A DNA stretch of 64,000 nt from Candidatus Sulfotelmatobacter sp. GTDB taxonomy: Bacteria; Acidobacteriota; Terriglobia; Terriglobales; Acidobacteriaceae. This document shows positions 43,747 through 55,500 of the stretch, piece by piece. Numbering within the stretch: the stretch's first letter is position 1; each line of letters begins with the position of its first letter. A program made the position numbers and the translations under genes. The stretch covers positions 5,975 to 69,974 of the forward strand of contig JBARJF010000103.1 in assembly GCA_049800135.1 (NCBI GenBank). The letters are read 5' to 3'. The notes beneath the pieces are model-generated. The model searched no databases. It saw only the letters and a program-made list of their open reading frames with translations, and was not told the origin of the DNA.

Positions 43747-44550
43747 ATGGGTGTGACGGTTTCGATGCTGGCCAGCGGCAGCCGGGGAAATTGTGGGTTT
43801 GTGGCCAGCGCGCGCACCAGGATTCTGGTTGATGTCGGCATCTCGTGCCGGGAGACGTTCAAGCGCATGAAGTCGCTGGGCGAAGATCCGCAGACGCTAT
43901 CGGCGATTCTGATTACCCACGAGCATTCCGATCATGTCTACGGTTTAGCAACACTGGCGAAGAAGTTGCGCATCCCAGTCTTCATGACCGAGAAGACCCA
44001 CCGGGCATGGGCGAGGGCTTGCCGCAGCGCAAATGGTGAACGACCAGAGCTCGAAAGGTTGGAGGAGTTCAGATCGGGTTACGGGTTCCAGGTGGGCGAC
44101 ATTGCGGTGACCCCATTCACGATTCCACACGACGCTGAAGATCCGGTGGGGTTTACGTTTCGAACGGAGGGCGTCAAGGTGGGATTTGCCACCGATCTCG
44201 GCCGCTTGCTCGCCAATGTGCGCGACCAGTTGCGGGGCTGCGACATTCTGGTGGTGGAATCAAACCACGGGGTCGAGCTGTTGCGCTCAGGGCCTTACCC
44301 GTGGGCGGTGAAACAGCGGGTGGGAAGTCCCACGGGGCATTTATCGAACGAGAAACTCGCGGATTTCTTCGCTACCGACTATGATAATAATGCAGCATTT
44401 GTGGTGCTGGCGCATCTGTCTGAGCAGAACAATCATCCTGAAATCGCGCGGCGAGAGGCAGAAAGAGCGCTAGGCGAGCGGGGTGGGTTGTTTCGGAGCC
44501 GTGTGCGGGTGGCAGCGCAGTCGGCAGTTTTGCCACCTATTCAGATGTAG
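43747..44550 (+). CDS. MBL-fold metallo-hydrolase (YycJ/PhnP-like)
   Basis: 'VSMLASGSRGN', 'ILVDVGIS', the HxHxDH motif 'ITHEHSDHV' and 'LAHLSEQNN'. Confidence 0.85.
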   Translation: MGVTVSMLASGSRGNCGFVASARTRILVDVGISCRETFKRMKSLGEDPQTLSAILITHEHSDHVYGLATLAKKLRIPVFMTEKTHRAWARACRSANGERPELERLEEFRSGYGFQVGDIAVTPFTIPHDAEDPVGFTFRTEGVKVGFATDLGRLLANVRDQLRGCDILVVESNHGVELLRSGPYPWAVKQRVGSPTGHLSNEKLADFFATDYDNNAAFVVLAHLSEQNNHPEIARREAERALGERGGLFRSRVRVAAQSAVLPPIQM

Positions 44551-44556
44551 TTCCCT

Positions 44557-45000
44557 ATGAGTCAGCAGTGTATCGATCCAATTGTGGGCAAGATCCTGGC
44601 GGGCTGGCGCTACGACATTTCCGGCCTGGCGCCGGAGATGCGCGGAGACTACGAAAGCCACTTTGCCGGATGCGAGCGGTGCCGCGGGCTGCAGCGCATG
44701 AACCGCATTATTGACGTAAGCCTGATCGCGCTGGCCTCGGTTTCCGGCGGCATGTTTCTGCTCGCATTCGGAGTGATCCGCCACTTCGTTCCGCGGCACG
44801 CATTCTGGCTGGAGATTGCGGCGCTCGCGGGTTTTGCCCTGTCGGCGCTTATCTGGCTGGTGGTCGCAGTGGCCACGCCCGCGCCGGTTACGGTGCTCGA
44901 TGTGGCCAAGGAAGGCGCACGCCGCGTGCACGACCGGCTGCCGCAGGAGATTCGGGAACGCCTGCCGGAAGAACTCCGCGTGAAAATTACCGGGACCTGA
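44557..45000 (+). CDS. Membrane protein with an N-terminal Hx3Cx2C (zf-HC2, ZAS-type anti-sigma-like) motif
   Basis: 'ESHFAGCERCRGL' is followed by two TM helices. It starts 6 nt after the MBL gene stop. Confidence 0.5.
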   Translation: MSQQCIDPIVGKILAGWRYDISGLAPEMRGDYESHFAGCERCRGLQRMNRIIDVSLIALASVSGGMFLLAFGVIRHFVPRHAFWLEIAALAGFALSALIWLVVAVATPAPVTVLDVAKEGARRVHDRLPQEIRERLPEELRVKITGT

Positions 45001-45254
45001 TCGCAACCCGGCCGGCCTCAACAGTGTTTGAAATGGTGCAGTTGAGCACGGTGTTTGCAGTTGGTAGGGAACAACCTGTGTGTTGCCTGCTCCCGGTGGC
45101 GCATTTACCAATGCCGGGTGGAATCCCGCCAGGTATCGCCTGATCCGGAACTGCCGCCTAGATTCTGTGATTTGCTGCGAAGATGAGATTGTCCAGGCGG
45201 GTTCCCGCGAAACATTTTTGACTACTCCCCGCGAACTGCGGGAGAATGTATGCA

Positions 45255-45665
45255 ATGAGGGGAACCATTCGAACCCTGCGGGCGGTGCAGTGGGCGCTGC
45301 TGGGCAGCATTGTTCTCTATGCAGTCGTGGGTGAGGTGGTGGGCTCAGGCGGCAGAATCGCAGATCCTTCCTTGAGCTATGTCTTCACCACCGCGGGCGT
45401 GGCCATTGTGGGCGTGATCTTCGTGCTGAGGCGGACTCTGGTAATGCGTTCGGCGGAAAGCCTGGCTTCTCATCCCGATGATTCGCTTGTTCTGAATCAC
45501 TGGAAGAGCGGCTACATTGCCACCTACGCACTGTGCGAGGCGCTGGCATTGTTTGGCTTCGTGCTGCGCTTTATGGGCTTCAATATTCAGCAGAGCCTGC
45601 CGTTCTACCTCGCCGGGTTTGTGATGCTTTTCTTCTTCGGACCGCGGGAACCTGTACGCTCTTGA
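45255..45665 (+). CDS. Hypothetical membrane protein (4 TM)
   Basis: Hydrophobic segments 'WALLGSIVLYAVVGEV', 'VFTTAGVAIVGVIFVL', 'IATYALCEALALFGFVL' and 'LPFYLAGFVMLFFF'. GGAGA lies 9 nt before the ATG at 45255. Confidence 0.5.
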   Translation: MRGTIRTLRAVQWALLGSIVLYAVVGEVVGSGGRIADPSLSYVFTTAGVAIVGVIFVLRRTLVMRSAESLASHPDDSLVLNHWKSGYIATYALCEALALFGFVLRFMGFNIQQSLPFYLAGFVMLFFFGPREPVRS

Positions 45666-45855
45666 TAGGCTTGCCTGGACATAACAAGTTCCGGAGGTGA
45701 TCTCACACATCCATCAACGGGCGGCCGGCTACGCGCATACGCTGGTGATCACATAGGGTGCGCCGATGCTGCTGACGGCGGCGTAGGATTAGGGGCGCGG
45801 CTGGAAGCGGCGCCCTTGCGGCGGGGTTCAGCTGGGTTGCGGATTTGCAGTGTGG

Positions 45856-46338
45856 CTAGGCCTTGATGTGGCAACTGGCCAGCCCACGCTTTTCCAGATA
45901 CTGCTGGTGGTAGTCCTCGGCGGGATAGAACGTCACTGCAGGGACGATCTGGGTGACGATCGGTTTTGAGAAGCGGTGCGCTTTCTCGAGCGCCGCCTTC
46001 GAGGCTTGCGCTTCGGCCTGTTGCTCGGGCGTGTGGAAGAAGATGGCGGAGCGGTATTGCGTGCCCCAGTCCGGGCCCTGGCGGTTGAGCTGGGTGGGGT
46101 CGTGATTCTCCCAGAACACTTTCAACAGCTCGTTGTAGCGAACCTGGGAGGGATCGAATTCCACCTCGACTGCTTCAGCGTGGCCGGTACGATCGGTGCA
46201 AACCTCCTTGTAGGTGGGATTGTCGATGCTGCCGCCGGTGTAGCCTACGCGGGTTGACAGTACGCCCGGCATCTGCCGGAAAGTTGCTTCGACTCCCCAG
46301 AAACATCCTGCTGCAAATGTGGCTTTTTCCATCTTCAA
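45856..46338 (-). CDS. msrA: Peptide-methionine (S)-S-oxide reductase
   Basis: '[12 protein letters not shown]' active-site motif, 160 aa. Confidence 0.95.
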   Translation of the reverse strand: MKMEKATFAAGCFWGVEATFRQMPGVLSTRVGYTGGSIDNPTYKEVCTDRTGHAEAVEVEFDPSQVRYNELLKVFWENHDPTQLNRQGPDWGTQYRSAIFFHTPEQQAEAQASKAALEKAHRFSKPIVTQIVPAVTFYPAEDYHQQYLEKRGLASCHIKA

Positions 46339-46555
46339 GTCGCTCCCTCGCCGGGCGCTGATTCTCCCCGATTCTCAAACTCGTGTCTGGAACTCCTATT
46401 AGATAACGAATCTGGCGGAAAGTCACGTCCCGAGGCGACAGTGGCCTTATCGGGTAATTGACGCTGCCGACGATTCATTATAAAGTTCGGCAAGGTTGTC
46501 GCAGTGTTGTCCCAGGAGAAGTTCTGTGGTTTCTAGACCCAGCCGCGGCGGAAGC

Positions 46556-47824
46556 GTGCCGAAATTTGCCATGTGCCTGATTTTGGCGCTGGCAACGGCG
46601 CCAGCGGCGCTGGGGATCTCGGGTTTCGCGCCGCCACGCCGCGTCGGCTACAAGATCGGGGATCAGTGGGAGCCCGCGCTGGCGGCGGATGGCCACGGAC
46701 ACATCTACATTTTGTTTCCCCAGTATGGCACGGTAAGCGGCTGCCCGGCTTGCACCGTACCGACAATGGCCCTGCAGGTGAGCGACGACAACGGGTTATC
46801 ATGGCAGGCGCCGCGTCCGCTGGTGCCTTCTTCGACCGGCCAGTTCGATCCGCAGATCGTGGTCGATCCCGTGGACCGGCAAACGGTATATGCCTCCTGG
46901 CTGCAGAACGACAAGCGCGACGTGATGGTGGCGAGGTCGCAGGACTTCGGGCGCACCTGGTACTTTACGATTGCGGAGCGCTCACGCGACGACGGAGCCG
47001 ACAAACCGGTGCTGGCGGTGCGGGGCGCGGACGTATATGTGGGATTCAATCGCGGGCAGAAATTTATAGTTGCCGCATCGCTCGACTATGCGCAGAACTT
47101 TTCTTCGGTGACCGTGAATCCGAATGCGGAGCCGGGGTGGTCGCTGGCGGGCGGGGCGACGGTGGATGCGGGCGGCAATGTCTACTTCTCGTGGACGGCC
47201 TATGCGCGGCGGGAACTGAGCACGCGTCCGGCGAGCGTTTACGTGAGCCGGTCGGAGGACGCCGGCCGCAGTTGGAACACCGTTCTGCTGGACGTTTCGA
47301 GCGCGCCGCCGGGATGCGTGGCCCAGGGCTGCGAGCCCGAATTTCTGGGCGCGCAAATTGCTCTGGCATCCGATGCCGCGGGGACGGTGTACGCGCTGTG
47401 GAACGCCGGCACCACGAACCGCGGGCCCGAACGCATCTACTTTTCGTCTTCCACCAGCGGCGGGGCAAGCTGGTCCGCAAAAGCGGATGTCTCGGCCGCC
47501 GGCAACGAAGTGGAACACTGTTTCCCGGCGATTACTGCCGGAGCTGCCGGGGACGTGCGCATTGCCTGGATGGACACGCGTAACGCTCCTCTATGGAACG
47601 TTTTCGAGCGCACTTCGAGCAACGGCGGGGCTACATGGTCGGCCGAGACGCAACTCTCCAGGCCAGTGCTGGGCTACGACTATGTTCGGCGAGAGGGCTT
47701 CCGCTTTCCCTTCGGCGATTATTTCTCCATCGCCATCGATAACCTTGGAAACACGCAGCTGGTTTGGGGGGAAGGCCGCAACTACAAGTCTCCGGGCTCG
47801 ATCTGGTACACGCACGGGCGTTAG
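46556..47824 (+). CDS. Secreted BNR/Asp-box repeat beta-propeller protein (sialidase-like fold, no FRIP motif seen)
   Basis: Five SxDxGxTW-type boxes: 'SDDNGLSW', 'SQDFGRTW', 'SEDAGRSW', 'STSGGASW', 'SSNGGATW'. The start is uncertain (GTG 46556 or ATG 46571). Confidence 0.8.
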   Translation: MPKFAMCLILALATAPAALGISGFAPPRRVGYKIGDQWEPALAADGHGHIYILFPQYGTVSGCPACTVPTMALQVSDDNGLSWQAPRPLVPSSTGQFDPQIVVDPVDRQTVYASWLQNDKRDVMVARSQDFGRTWYFTIAERSRDDGADKPVLAVRGADVYVGFNRGQKFIVAASLDYAQNFSSVTVNPNAEPGWSLAGGATVDAGGNVYFSWTAYARRELSTRPASVYVSRSEDAGRSWNTVLLDVSSAPPGCVAQGCEPEFLGAQIALASDAAGTVYALWNAGTTNRGPERIYFSSSTSGGASWSAKADVSAAGNEVEHCFPAITAGAAGDVRIAWMDTRNAPLWNVFERTSSNGGATWSAETQLSRPVLGYDYVRREGFRFPFGDYFSIAIDNLGNTQLVWGEGRNYKSPGSIWYTHGR

Positions 47825-47849
47825 CCGGCGGCAGTTCGACCAAGCATCT

Positions 47850-48800
<951 letters not shown>

Positions 48801-49070
48801 CGAGGCGCCCTTTTATGAGAGGGTGTGGTGGCGTTTTCGTGCTGCGGTTTGCAGGCGGAGGCGAAGCCGGCGGAAACGCAAGTGGCGATGAGGCCGCCCA
48901 TCAGCGGAAGATGCCGGCACACAACGATGGAGCGGGGGGGGAATCTCATCGCGAAGCTAGTTTACACAGTTGAACCTTTCCCGCCAAAGACGTTTCGGTT
49001 CGACAGCCGCTTCGGGAACTGTGTAAGATTTGGCGACGCGCAGTTGCATCTCTCGGTTCAGGAGTTTCTC

Positions 49071-49508
49071 ATGCGAAAGACGATCGGCTTTGGTGGAATC
49101 GCGTTGTTGTTGCTCGTGCCTCTTATGCTAGGGCAAAAGCCACGGCCGAGGCCAAGGGGCGTTTCCTCCGCCTTGATCGCGCACGGCAAGTACCTGGTGG
49201 AACGAGTTGGACTGTGCGGCGATTGCCACACCCCCCACGATGACAAGGGTGAACCGATTCAGGGGCAATGGCTGCAAGGGGCGCCCATCCCCTTCAAGCC
49301 GATCGTGCCCATGCCCGTGTGGGCTTACAAGTCGCCTGCAATCGCAGGCCTGCCGAGGTGGGAGAAGGAAGCGGCGATCAGGTTTTTCATGACCGGCATC
49401 GCCGACAGCGGATTGCCAGCCCGTCCGCCAATGCCGCAGTACCGCTTCAACCAGCCGGATGCGGAAGCCATCGTGGCGTATTTGAAGTCGCTGGCGCCGG
49501 GGAAATAA
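49071..49508 (+). CDS. Mono-haem c-type cytochrome
   Basis: Signal/TM '[21 protein letters not shown]' preceded by AGGAG (49060-49064). A single CxxCH, 'CGDCHTP'. Confidence 0.75.
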   Translation: MRKTIGFGGIALLLLVPLMLGQKPRPRPRGVSSALIAHGKYLVERVGLCGDCHTPHDDKGEPIQGQWLQGAPIPFKPIVPMPVWAYKSPAIAGLPRWEKEAAIRFFMTGIADSGLPARPPMPQYRFNQPDAEAIVAYLKSLAPGK

Positions 49509-49602
49509 ATCACGAGCTTGGCCCTTGGAGTCAGAGGGCCAACGCCGTCAAAGCGCGCCAGCGTGCATTCCCCGCCCGGTTTCCGATAAAGTAGTTGTTC
49601 TC

Positions 49603-50895
49603 ATGCTTGATCTGAATTTTGTCCGCGACAATCTGCCTCGGGTTGAGGAAATGCTGCGCCAGCGAGGCGCTGATCCGGCTGCAGTGCTCAAGGATTTCGG
49701 CGAGGTCGATACGGCGCGGCGCCAGGCTATCACCGAGGCCGAGACCATGAAGGCGCGGCGGAATAAAGCCTCGGAAGACATTGCAAAATTGAAAAAGAGC
49801 GGACAGGACGCTAGCGCGGCCATGGCCGAGACGAAAGAACTGCGCGAACTGATTCAGGCGCGTGAAGAAACTGCTGCTGGCCTTGATGCCCGCCTCCGGG
49901 CTATTCTCGCTCGAGTCCCCAACATGCCGCCCGCCAGCGTTCCGATCGGCAATAGTGCGGAGCAGAATGTGGAAGTCCGGCGCTGGGGCGCGCCGCCGAA
50001 GTTCGAGTTCACACCCCAGCCGCACTGGGATATAGGCAGGGAACTGGGCGTACTGGATTTGGAACGCGCGGTGAAGCTGACCGGCGCCCGTTTTGCGGTT
50101 TACTGGGACCTGGGCGCGAAACTGGAGCGCGCGCTGGCCAACTTCATGCTCGATCTGCACACGCGCGAGCATGGATACACGGAGGTGCTGCCGCCGTATC
50201 TGGTGAATTCCGAGTCGATGTATGGCACGGGACAGCTACCCAAGTTCGCGGCGGATCTTTTTCGCGTGCCGCACGGGGAAAAGGATCTCTGGCTGATTCC
50301 CACGGCTGAAGTTCCGGTGACGAATCTCTATCGGGATGAGATTCTCGACGCTGCGCGCCTGCCGATCTCACTTACCGCCTACACTCCGTGTTTCCGCAGC
50401 GAGGCGGGATCTTATGGCAAAGACGTGCGCGGCATTATCCGGCAGCATCAATTTCAGAAAGTTGAGTTAGTAAAATTCTCGCGGCCGGAGAACTCGTACG
50501 AAGAACACGAGAGGTTGACGCGCGATGCCGAGACCGTTCTGCAAAAGCTCGGCCTGCATTATCGCGTGGTGACGCTGTGCACGGGCGACATGGGGCCATC
50601 TTCCGCGAAGACGTATGACATCGAAGTCTGGCTTCCGGGGCAGCAGCTGTTTCGCGAGATTTCGTCGTGTTCGAATTTTGAAGCCTACCAGGCGCGGCGG
50701 GCCAACATCCGCTACCGTCCGGAGGGCAAGAACAAGACCGAGTTCTTGCATACCTTGAACGGAAGCGGGCTAGCCGTGGGACGAACCTGGGTGGCGATCG
50801 TCGAGAACTACCAGCAGGCCGACGGAAGCGTTATCATTCCCGAGGCGCTGCGGCCCTACATCGGAGCGGAGCGCATTACGCGGAGGAATTTCTAG
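49603..50895 (+). CDS. serS: Seryl-tRNA synthetase
   Basis: '[10 protein letters not shown]' coiled-coil arm. Class II motifs 'LIPTAEVP', '[10 protein letters not shown]', '[12 protein letters not shown]'. Confidence 0.95.
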   Translation: MLDLNFVRDNLPRVEEMLRQRGADPAAVLKDFGEVDTARRQAITEAETMKARRNKASEDIAKLKKSGQDASAAMAETKELRELIQAREETAAGLDARLRAILARVPNMPPASVPIGNSAEQNVEVRRWGAPPKFEFTPQPHWDIGRELGVLDLERAVKLTGARFAVYWDLGAKLERALANFMLDLHTREHGYTEVLPPYLVNSESMYGTGQLPKFAADLFRVPHGEKDLWLIPTAEVPVTNLYRDEILDAARLPISLTAYTPCFRSEAGSYGKDVRGIIRQHQFQKVELVKFSRPENSYEEHERLTRDAETVLQKLGLHYRVVTLCTGDMGPSSAKTYDIEVWLPGQQLFREISSCSNFEAYQARRANIRYRPEGKNKTEFLHTLNGSGLAVGRTWVAIVENYQQADGSVIIPEALRPYIGAERITRRNF

Positions 50896-51017
50896 CTCTT
50901 GGTTCTTAAGTGCCAGCGGTTGAAAGCTGCCTTCGCCATTGCCAAGAGAGGAAGCGGTCACTAGACTTGCAAAGTGTGGACATCAGTACGACGGCCAGTG
51001 GTACGCCGGCTCTACCG

Positions 51018-51398
51018 ATGAACGCCTTCTGGCGGACAATTCGGAGCTACATCCTGTGGCAACACGAGCGTGGCACGCTGCACTACGACATCATGGTCAC
51101 GCTGATCCTCATCTTTGTCGTCTTCTCGCCCCGGGTCATCAACTTCAACGACAAGCCGGCGCTCCGCATCCCGCATCCGGCGGATGTGCTGGTTGCGCCG
51201 GATGCGCAGGGCGATCTGCTCTACCAGATTTCGGCGAGCGCGATCACGCCGGGAGACGATCGCTCCGTGCGGGATCAGTTGTCGCATATTATTACGCCGA
51301 TTTCAGGCGAAGTGTCGATCATGTCGTACGAAACGGTCGCGGACGGCAAGGGGCATCTCCAGACCTACAAGGTTCTTGTAAAGCGAAGCGGCCGATGA
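51018..51398 (+). CDS. Hypothetical membrane-anchored protein
   Basis: 126 aa with a single TM 'IMVTLILIFVVFSP'. No recognisable motif. Confidence 0.45.
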   Translation: MNAFWRTIRSYILWQHERGTLHYDIMVTLILIFVVFSPRVINFNDKPALRIPHPADVLVAPDAQGDLLYQISASAITPGDDRSVRDQLSHIITPISGEVSIMSYETVADGKGHLQTYKVLVKRSGR

Positions 51399-51444
51399 TG
51401 AAATGTCGGGCGGCGCTACCTGCCGCCCGGAGTGAGGTTCCCCA

Positions 51445-52158
51445 TTGAAAACTTTCTGCCGCATCTGCGCGACTTTCATCCTCGCCGGTCTTTTGTGCGG
51501 CTTCGGGGCGAAGCCTCAAACGACCTCTTCCGGCGTCTGCGGCCTGGAATGCGTCCTCAAAAAAATGGACGAAGCCGCGGCCAACTTCCACAGCGTGCAG
51601 GCCGATTTCGTCTGGGATCAATATCAGAGAGTAGTGGACGAACACGACATCCAGACAGGCACTGTTTATTATCGGAGGACGGGGGAAAAAATAGAAATGA
51701 TGGCGGAGATTAAGTCGCCCTTGCAAAAGTTCATGCTCTACAAAGACGGCAAGCTTCAGGTGTATCAGCCCGGGATGGAACAGGTGCTGGTGTATCCGAC
51801 GGGCGGCAATCGCAGCGAGATTGAGACCTACCTCGTGCTGGGCTTCGGAGGCAGCGGCGAAGATTTGACCAAGGCTTTCGACGTCAGTTACCTGGGCGAA
51901 GAAACCATCGGCAACATTGCAACGGGGAAGCTGCAATTGATTCCGAAGAGCGCCAAAATCCGCAACGATTACTTTTCGAAGGCATTGCTTTGGATCGACT
52001 TGAGCCGCGGCATCTCGGTGCAGCAGGAGTTCATGCAAGGCGAGGGCGACTATCGCCTGGCGAAGTATTCCGATATCCGGGTGAACACCAAGATCGGCAA
52101 CGACGTGTTTCGCTTGAAGACCACGGGCAAGACGCAGTTTGTCTCGCCTCGCGGGTAA
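51445..52158 (+). CDS. LolA-like (outer-membrane lipoprotein carrier/sorting fold) protein
   Basis: TTG start 7 nt after GAGG. Signal peptide 'MKTFCRICATFILAGLLCGFG'. The size and beta-rich pattern are consistent with the LolA/LppX fold, with no decisive motif. Confidence 0.5.
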   Translation: MKTFCRICATFILAGLLCGFGAKPQTTSSGVCGLECVLKKMDEAAANFHSVQADFVWDQYQRVVDEHDIQTGTVYYRRTGEKIEMMAEIKSPLQKFMLYKDGKLQVYQPGMEQVLVYPTGGNRSEIETYLVLGFGGSGEDLTKAFDVSYLGEETIGNIATGKLQLIPKSAKIRNDYFSKALLWIDLSRGISVQQEFMQGEGDYRLAKYSDIRVNTKIGNDVFRLKTTGKTQFVSPRG

Positions 52159-52244
52159 GTGCTTGAATTCAAAGCCGAAGAATGTCTACTGAAAAGTGCG
52201 CTGCGGGCGCTATACTGCCTTAAGATTCCCTTTCGAGTTTATTC

Positions 52245-52460
52245 ATGGCCAAAGTTTTTACGATTCCTGTCCCGCCCAATCTGGGTCCCAGAAAAAGAGA
52301 GCGTACCTCCGATCCTCGCTACGTAGATGGGCAGCGCGTGCTGGTCGAAGCCATGAAGTATCTGGCCCAGAGCGACCCGGTGTCGAACCGTCCCGCCATC
52401 GAACTCATTTCCGAGCACGTACGCACCCGCTTCCGCATGAGCGATTCCCCACTGGCGTAG
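52245..52460 (+). CDS. Possible small orphan ORF (71 aa)
   Basis: Codon usage in the second half looks coding-like. There is no clear RBS and no recognisable family. Confidence 0.25.
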   Translation: MAKVFTIPVPPNLGPRKRERTSDPRYVDGQRVLVEAMKYLAQSDPVSNRPAIELISEHVRTRFRMSDSPLA

Positions 52461-52512
52461 GACCTGGCGGGGAGTCCGCATCGATGGCGCCAGTCTCGAT
52501 TGAAAAAGTTCT

Positions 52513-55500
52513 TCAGAACGCGAACCGCATGGAGAATTGCATCACGCGGGGCGTAGTCAGAGTGCGCTGGAACGTGCCAAAGCTGGTGATATCCACCAAG
52601 TCTTCGTTGTCCACAGCGTTGGCGGCGTCGAAGCGCACGGAGTTGGTAACGTTGAAAACTTCCCACGAAAACCTTATCAGCCGGCTTTCGTTGAGGTTCC
52701 AGGTCTTGCTGAGGCCGCCATCGATGGAAAAAAACCCAGGCCCGCGGAAGATGTTGCGCTGGCCGGCTTCGCCAGGAGCCGTGTCGCGGAAGAGAACCGG
52801 TCCCGTACCGGTCGGGGCATAGGGACAATAGCATTGGATGCTCTGGGAGTTTTGGAAGGCATTGGGATTGCCGCTGGAGTCGATGTAGACACCAGTCTTT
52901 GGCTTCGGGCCAATGAGAAACGATGTTCCCTCGAGTTCGAAATTGGTGGACCAGCCGTCGCCGGCGGAAACGCTGAAGGGGAAACCACTGGTCCAGCGGC
53001 CCAGTCCGCTCAATCCCCATCCGCCAAGCACGGAATTCACGAAACGGTTGGAAGAGCTCCAGCGCCGGTTTTTGCCATAGGGAACATCCCAAATCGTGTT
53101 GAAGTTGATCTGGTGGGTGGTATCGAAGTCCGAAACCGCACGCCATAAATCGGGAGACCACGCATTAATCGCCTGATCGTTGTAGGCAACGCCGCCCGCA
53201 GCTTCGAAGCCATTCACCCGTTCGGCATTTGAACTTTCGTCGATGGACTTGGAATAAACATAATTCAAGTCGAATTGTAGCCCCGCACTCATGGCGTGAC
53301 GCAGCGTCACTTGCAGCGCGTTGTAGTTGCTAGGGCTGCGGGTTTGCCAGGCATATAGGGAAGAGAATTGGTCCTGGTAGTACCGATAGGCGGTGCCCGG
53401 GCCGTACCCGTACTGGTTTGTGCCCGTGGCGGTGCCAGCGCAGGCTGGGAAGCAGAACACGTCCGCGATTTCCTGTGCCGTGGTTTCGTTGCCGGCGAAA
53501 CAATAAAATAAGTCGTACATGTTCTGCGTGGCGGTTGGGCTTGACGGAGCCAGGCCGGGCGAGCATGGAGTCGTCGGGCTTGTGCCGGAGAGCAATCCTG
53601 AGCCCGATGCCTGCGGGAATAGATCCTGCCAATACGGGATCGGCTTGATGTTGTTAATGGGAGTGTTGGTCGCCGCCGCATTGTGGAATTGCTGCGCAGC
53701 CTGGAAATACGACGTGCCACTCTTGGGGTCGACCAAGTTGAGCGGTTGCGCCAGGTCGACTTCCTGCAGCAGGCGACGCGCGAAACGGCCGGTATAGGTC
53801 GTCTCCAGCACGAAGTCGTGGGCAAATTCGCGCGTGATGGAGAAATCAATCACCTCCGAGTAAGGTGTCCTCAGGTGGTCATCAATGCCCCACGCGATGG
53901 CCAAACCATAGGTATTGGGATTGCCGGGAGGCGTGTAGGGAAAGCCGCTGGGCGAGGGGGAGATTTCGCTGGCAGGCAAATTAGCCAGCCCAAGAAGCCC
54001 CGTGTAGCGCGGCGAGTCATCCACTGTGGAAACGCCCGCCGGATTGCTGAAGGTCGAAGTCAATCCCCACGAACCGTTGCGGTCGAAAGTGTTGACCACC
54101 CCTTCGCCGAAATGATCGAAATAAATCCCGTAGCCGGCGCGAATAGAGCTTTTGCCGGTGTCGCCAAACACGCTGTGCCAGAAGCCGCTGGCCGCGTGGG
54201 GAGAATAGGCTACGGCAAACCGCGGGGCGAGGTTCTTATAATCCCAAGCCCAGTAGGGCTTGCCGCCGTTGGCTTGCCCGGAAAGGGCAAAAGTCAGATC
54301 GGGCTGAACTACGTTGCCCAGCGCAGCCTGTTCTCCGCGCGTCTTAAACCACTGGTCCATATTCACCGTGGGGGCAACCTGGTTGCCCGTGTTCTCAAAA
54401 GGAGGCTGCAGGAGCGAGTAGCGAGCCCCATAGGTAAGAACAAGGTTGGGGGTCACGTTCCACTTATCCTGCAAGTACATCTCGCCCTCAAAATTTTGGA
54501 AGTGGCGTGGAACCAGCTCGCCGTTGGGAATCTGCTGGCCTGATTTGTTCTGGTTGGCCTCGGTGTAGGTCTCGCTCAAAATCCCGGCCACATCCATGGC
54601 CGCGAAGCTGTAGGAAGTGCCAAAGCCGTTGTCAACGTCAGGATAAGGGCCCGGAGTCTTGGAGGAGGAGTCAAATTGGGACGGGTCGAGGCTAACATCC
54701 TGACCGGCGATGAACGACGGGTCTAACCAATAAAGGTTCGAGTAGGCGGTGGAAATGTTTTGCGCGTTGGATTCACGATTGTTGTGGATGAGCCGCCAAT
54801 TGGTGCCAAATTGAATTGTGTGCGTGCCTCTGGTCCAGGACACGTCGTCAACAAAATTATGCACGGGAACGTTGGTCAGGATGGTTTGACTAGCAAGAGC
54901 TTGAGTGTCGTCCAGGCCGCGGAAGGTGACAAAGTCCTGGCTATTGAGCCCCCCGGTTCCGATTCCCTGGCGAATAAATGCGTAGCGAAAGTTATTGATC
55001 AGGTTGTTGTTGATCAACGCCGTGTACCCAGCGGCGATTCCTTTGCTGTTGTTAGTGAGGAAATCGTATGGAGGCTGGCCAGGAAACTGCGGCGGCTGCG
55101 ACTCGTGGTCATTTTGGAGGTTGCCGCGCACGAACAGAGAATGCGTGCCGCTGGCATTGAGTTTGAAATCAAGCTTAACGATGTAAGTATCGTGCTTGAC
55201 CGGATCGGCGCCAGGGAAAGTGTACGCCGCCGTGTTGAGCAGGTCGCCTTCGCTCTGGGAGTTGGGGAGCGGGTACTTTGCGAACAAGGCACCAGGATTG
55301 GCGCCGCCAGGATTAGCGGAGTCGGTAATGTCGGCGACCAAACCATTTACCCCGGGACCTTCAGGGTTGCCGGGCGTGGGAGGACAGGTGAGATTGTAGG
55401 CACAACCCATAGGCATGTTGTTCGGGCCCGGGTTGTCTATGCCCTGGTCCAGCGCCGCAATCTGGGCGGGTGTAAGGGTCGCAATGTTGAATCCCGCGAA

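Noticed and set aside
46573-47583. 336-aa same-strand alternative-frame ORF inside the BNR-repeat gene
   Set aside because: The translation is Arg/Gly-rich with no motifs. The other frame contains five Asp-box repeats and a signal peptide.
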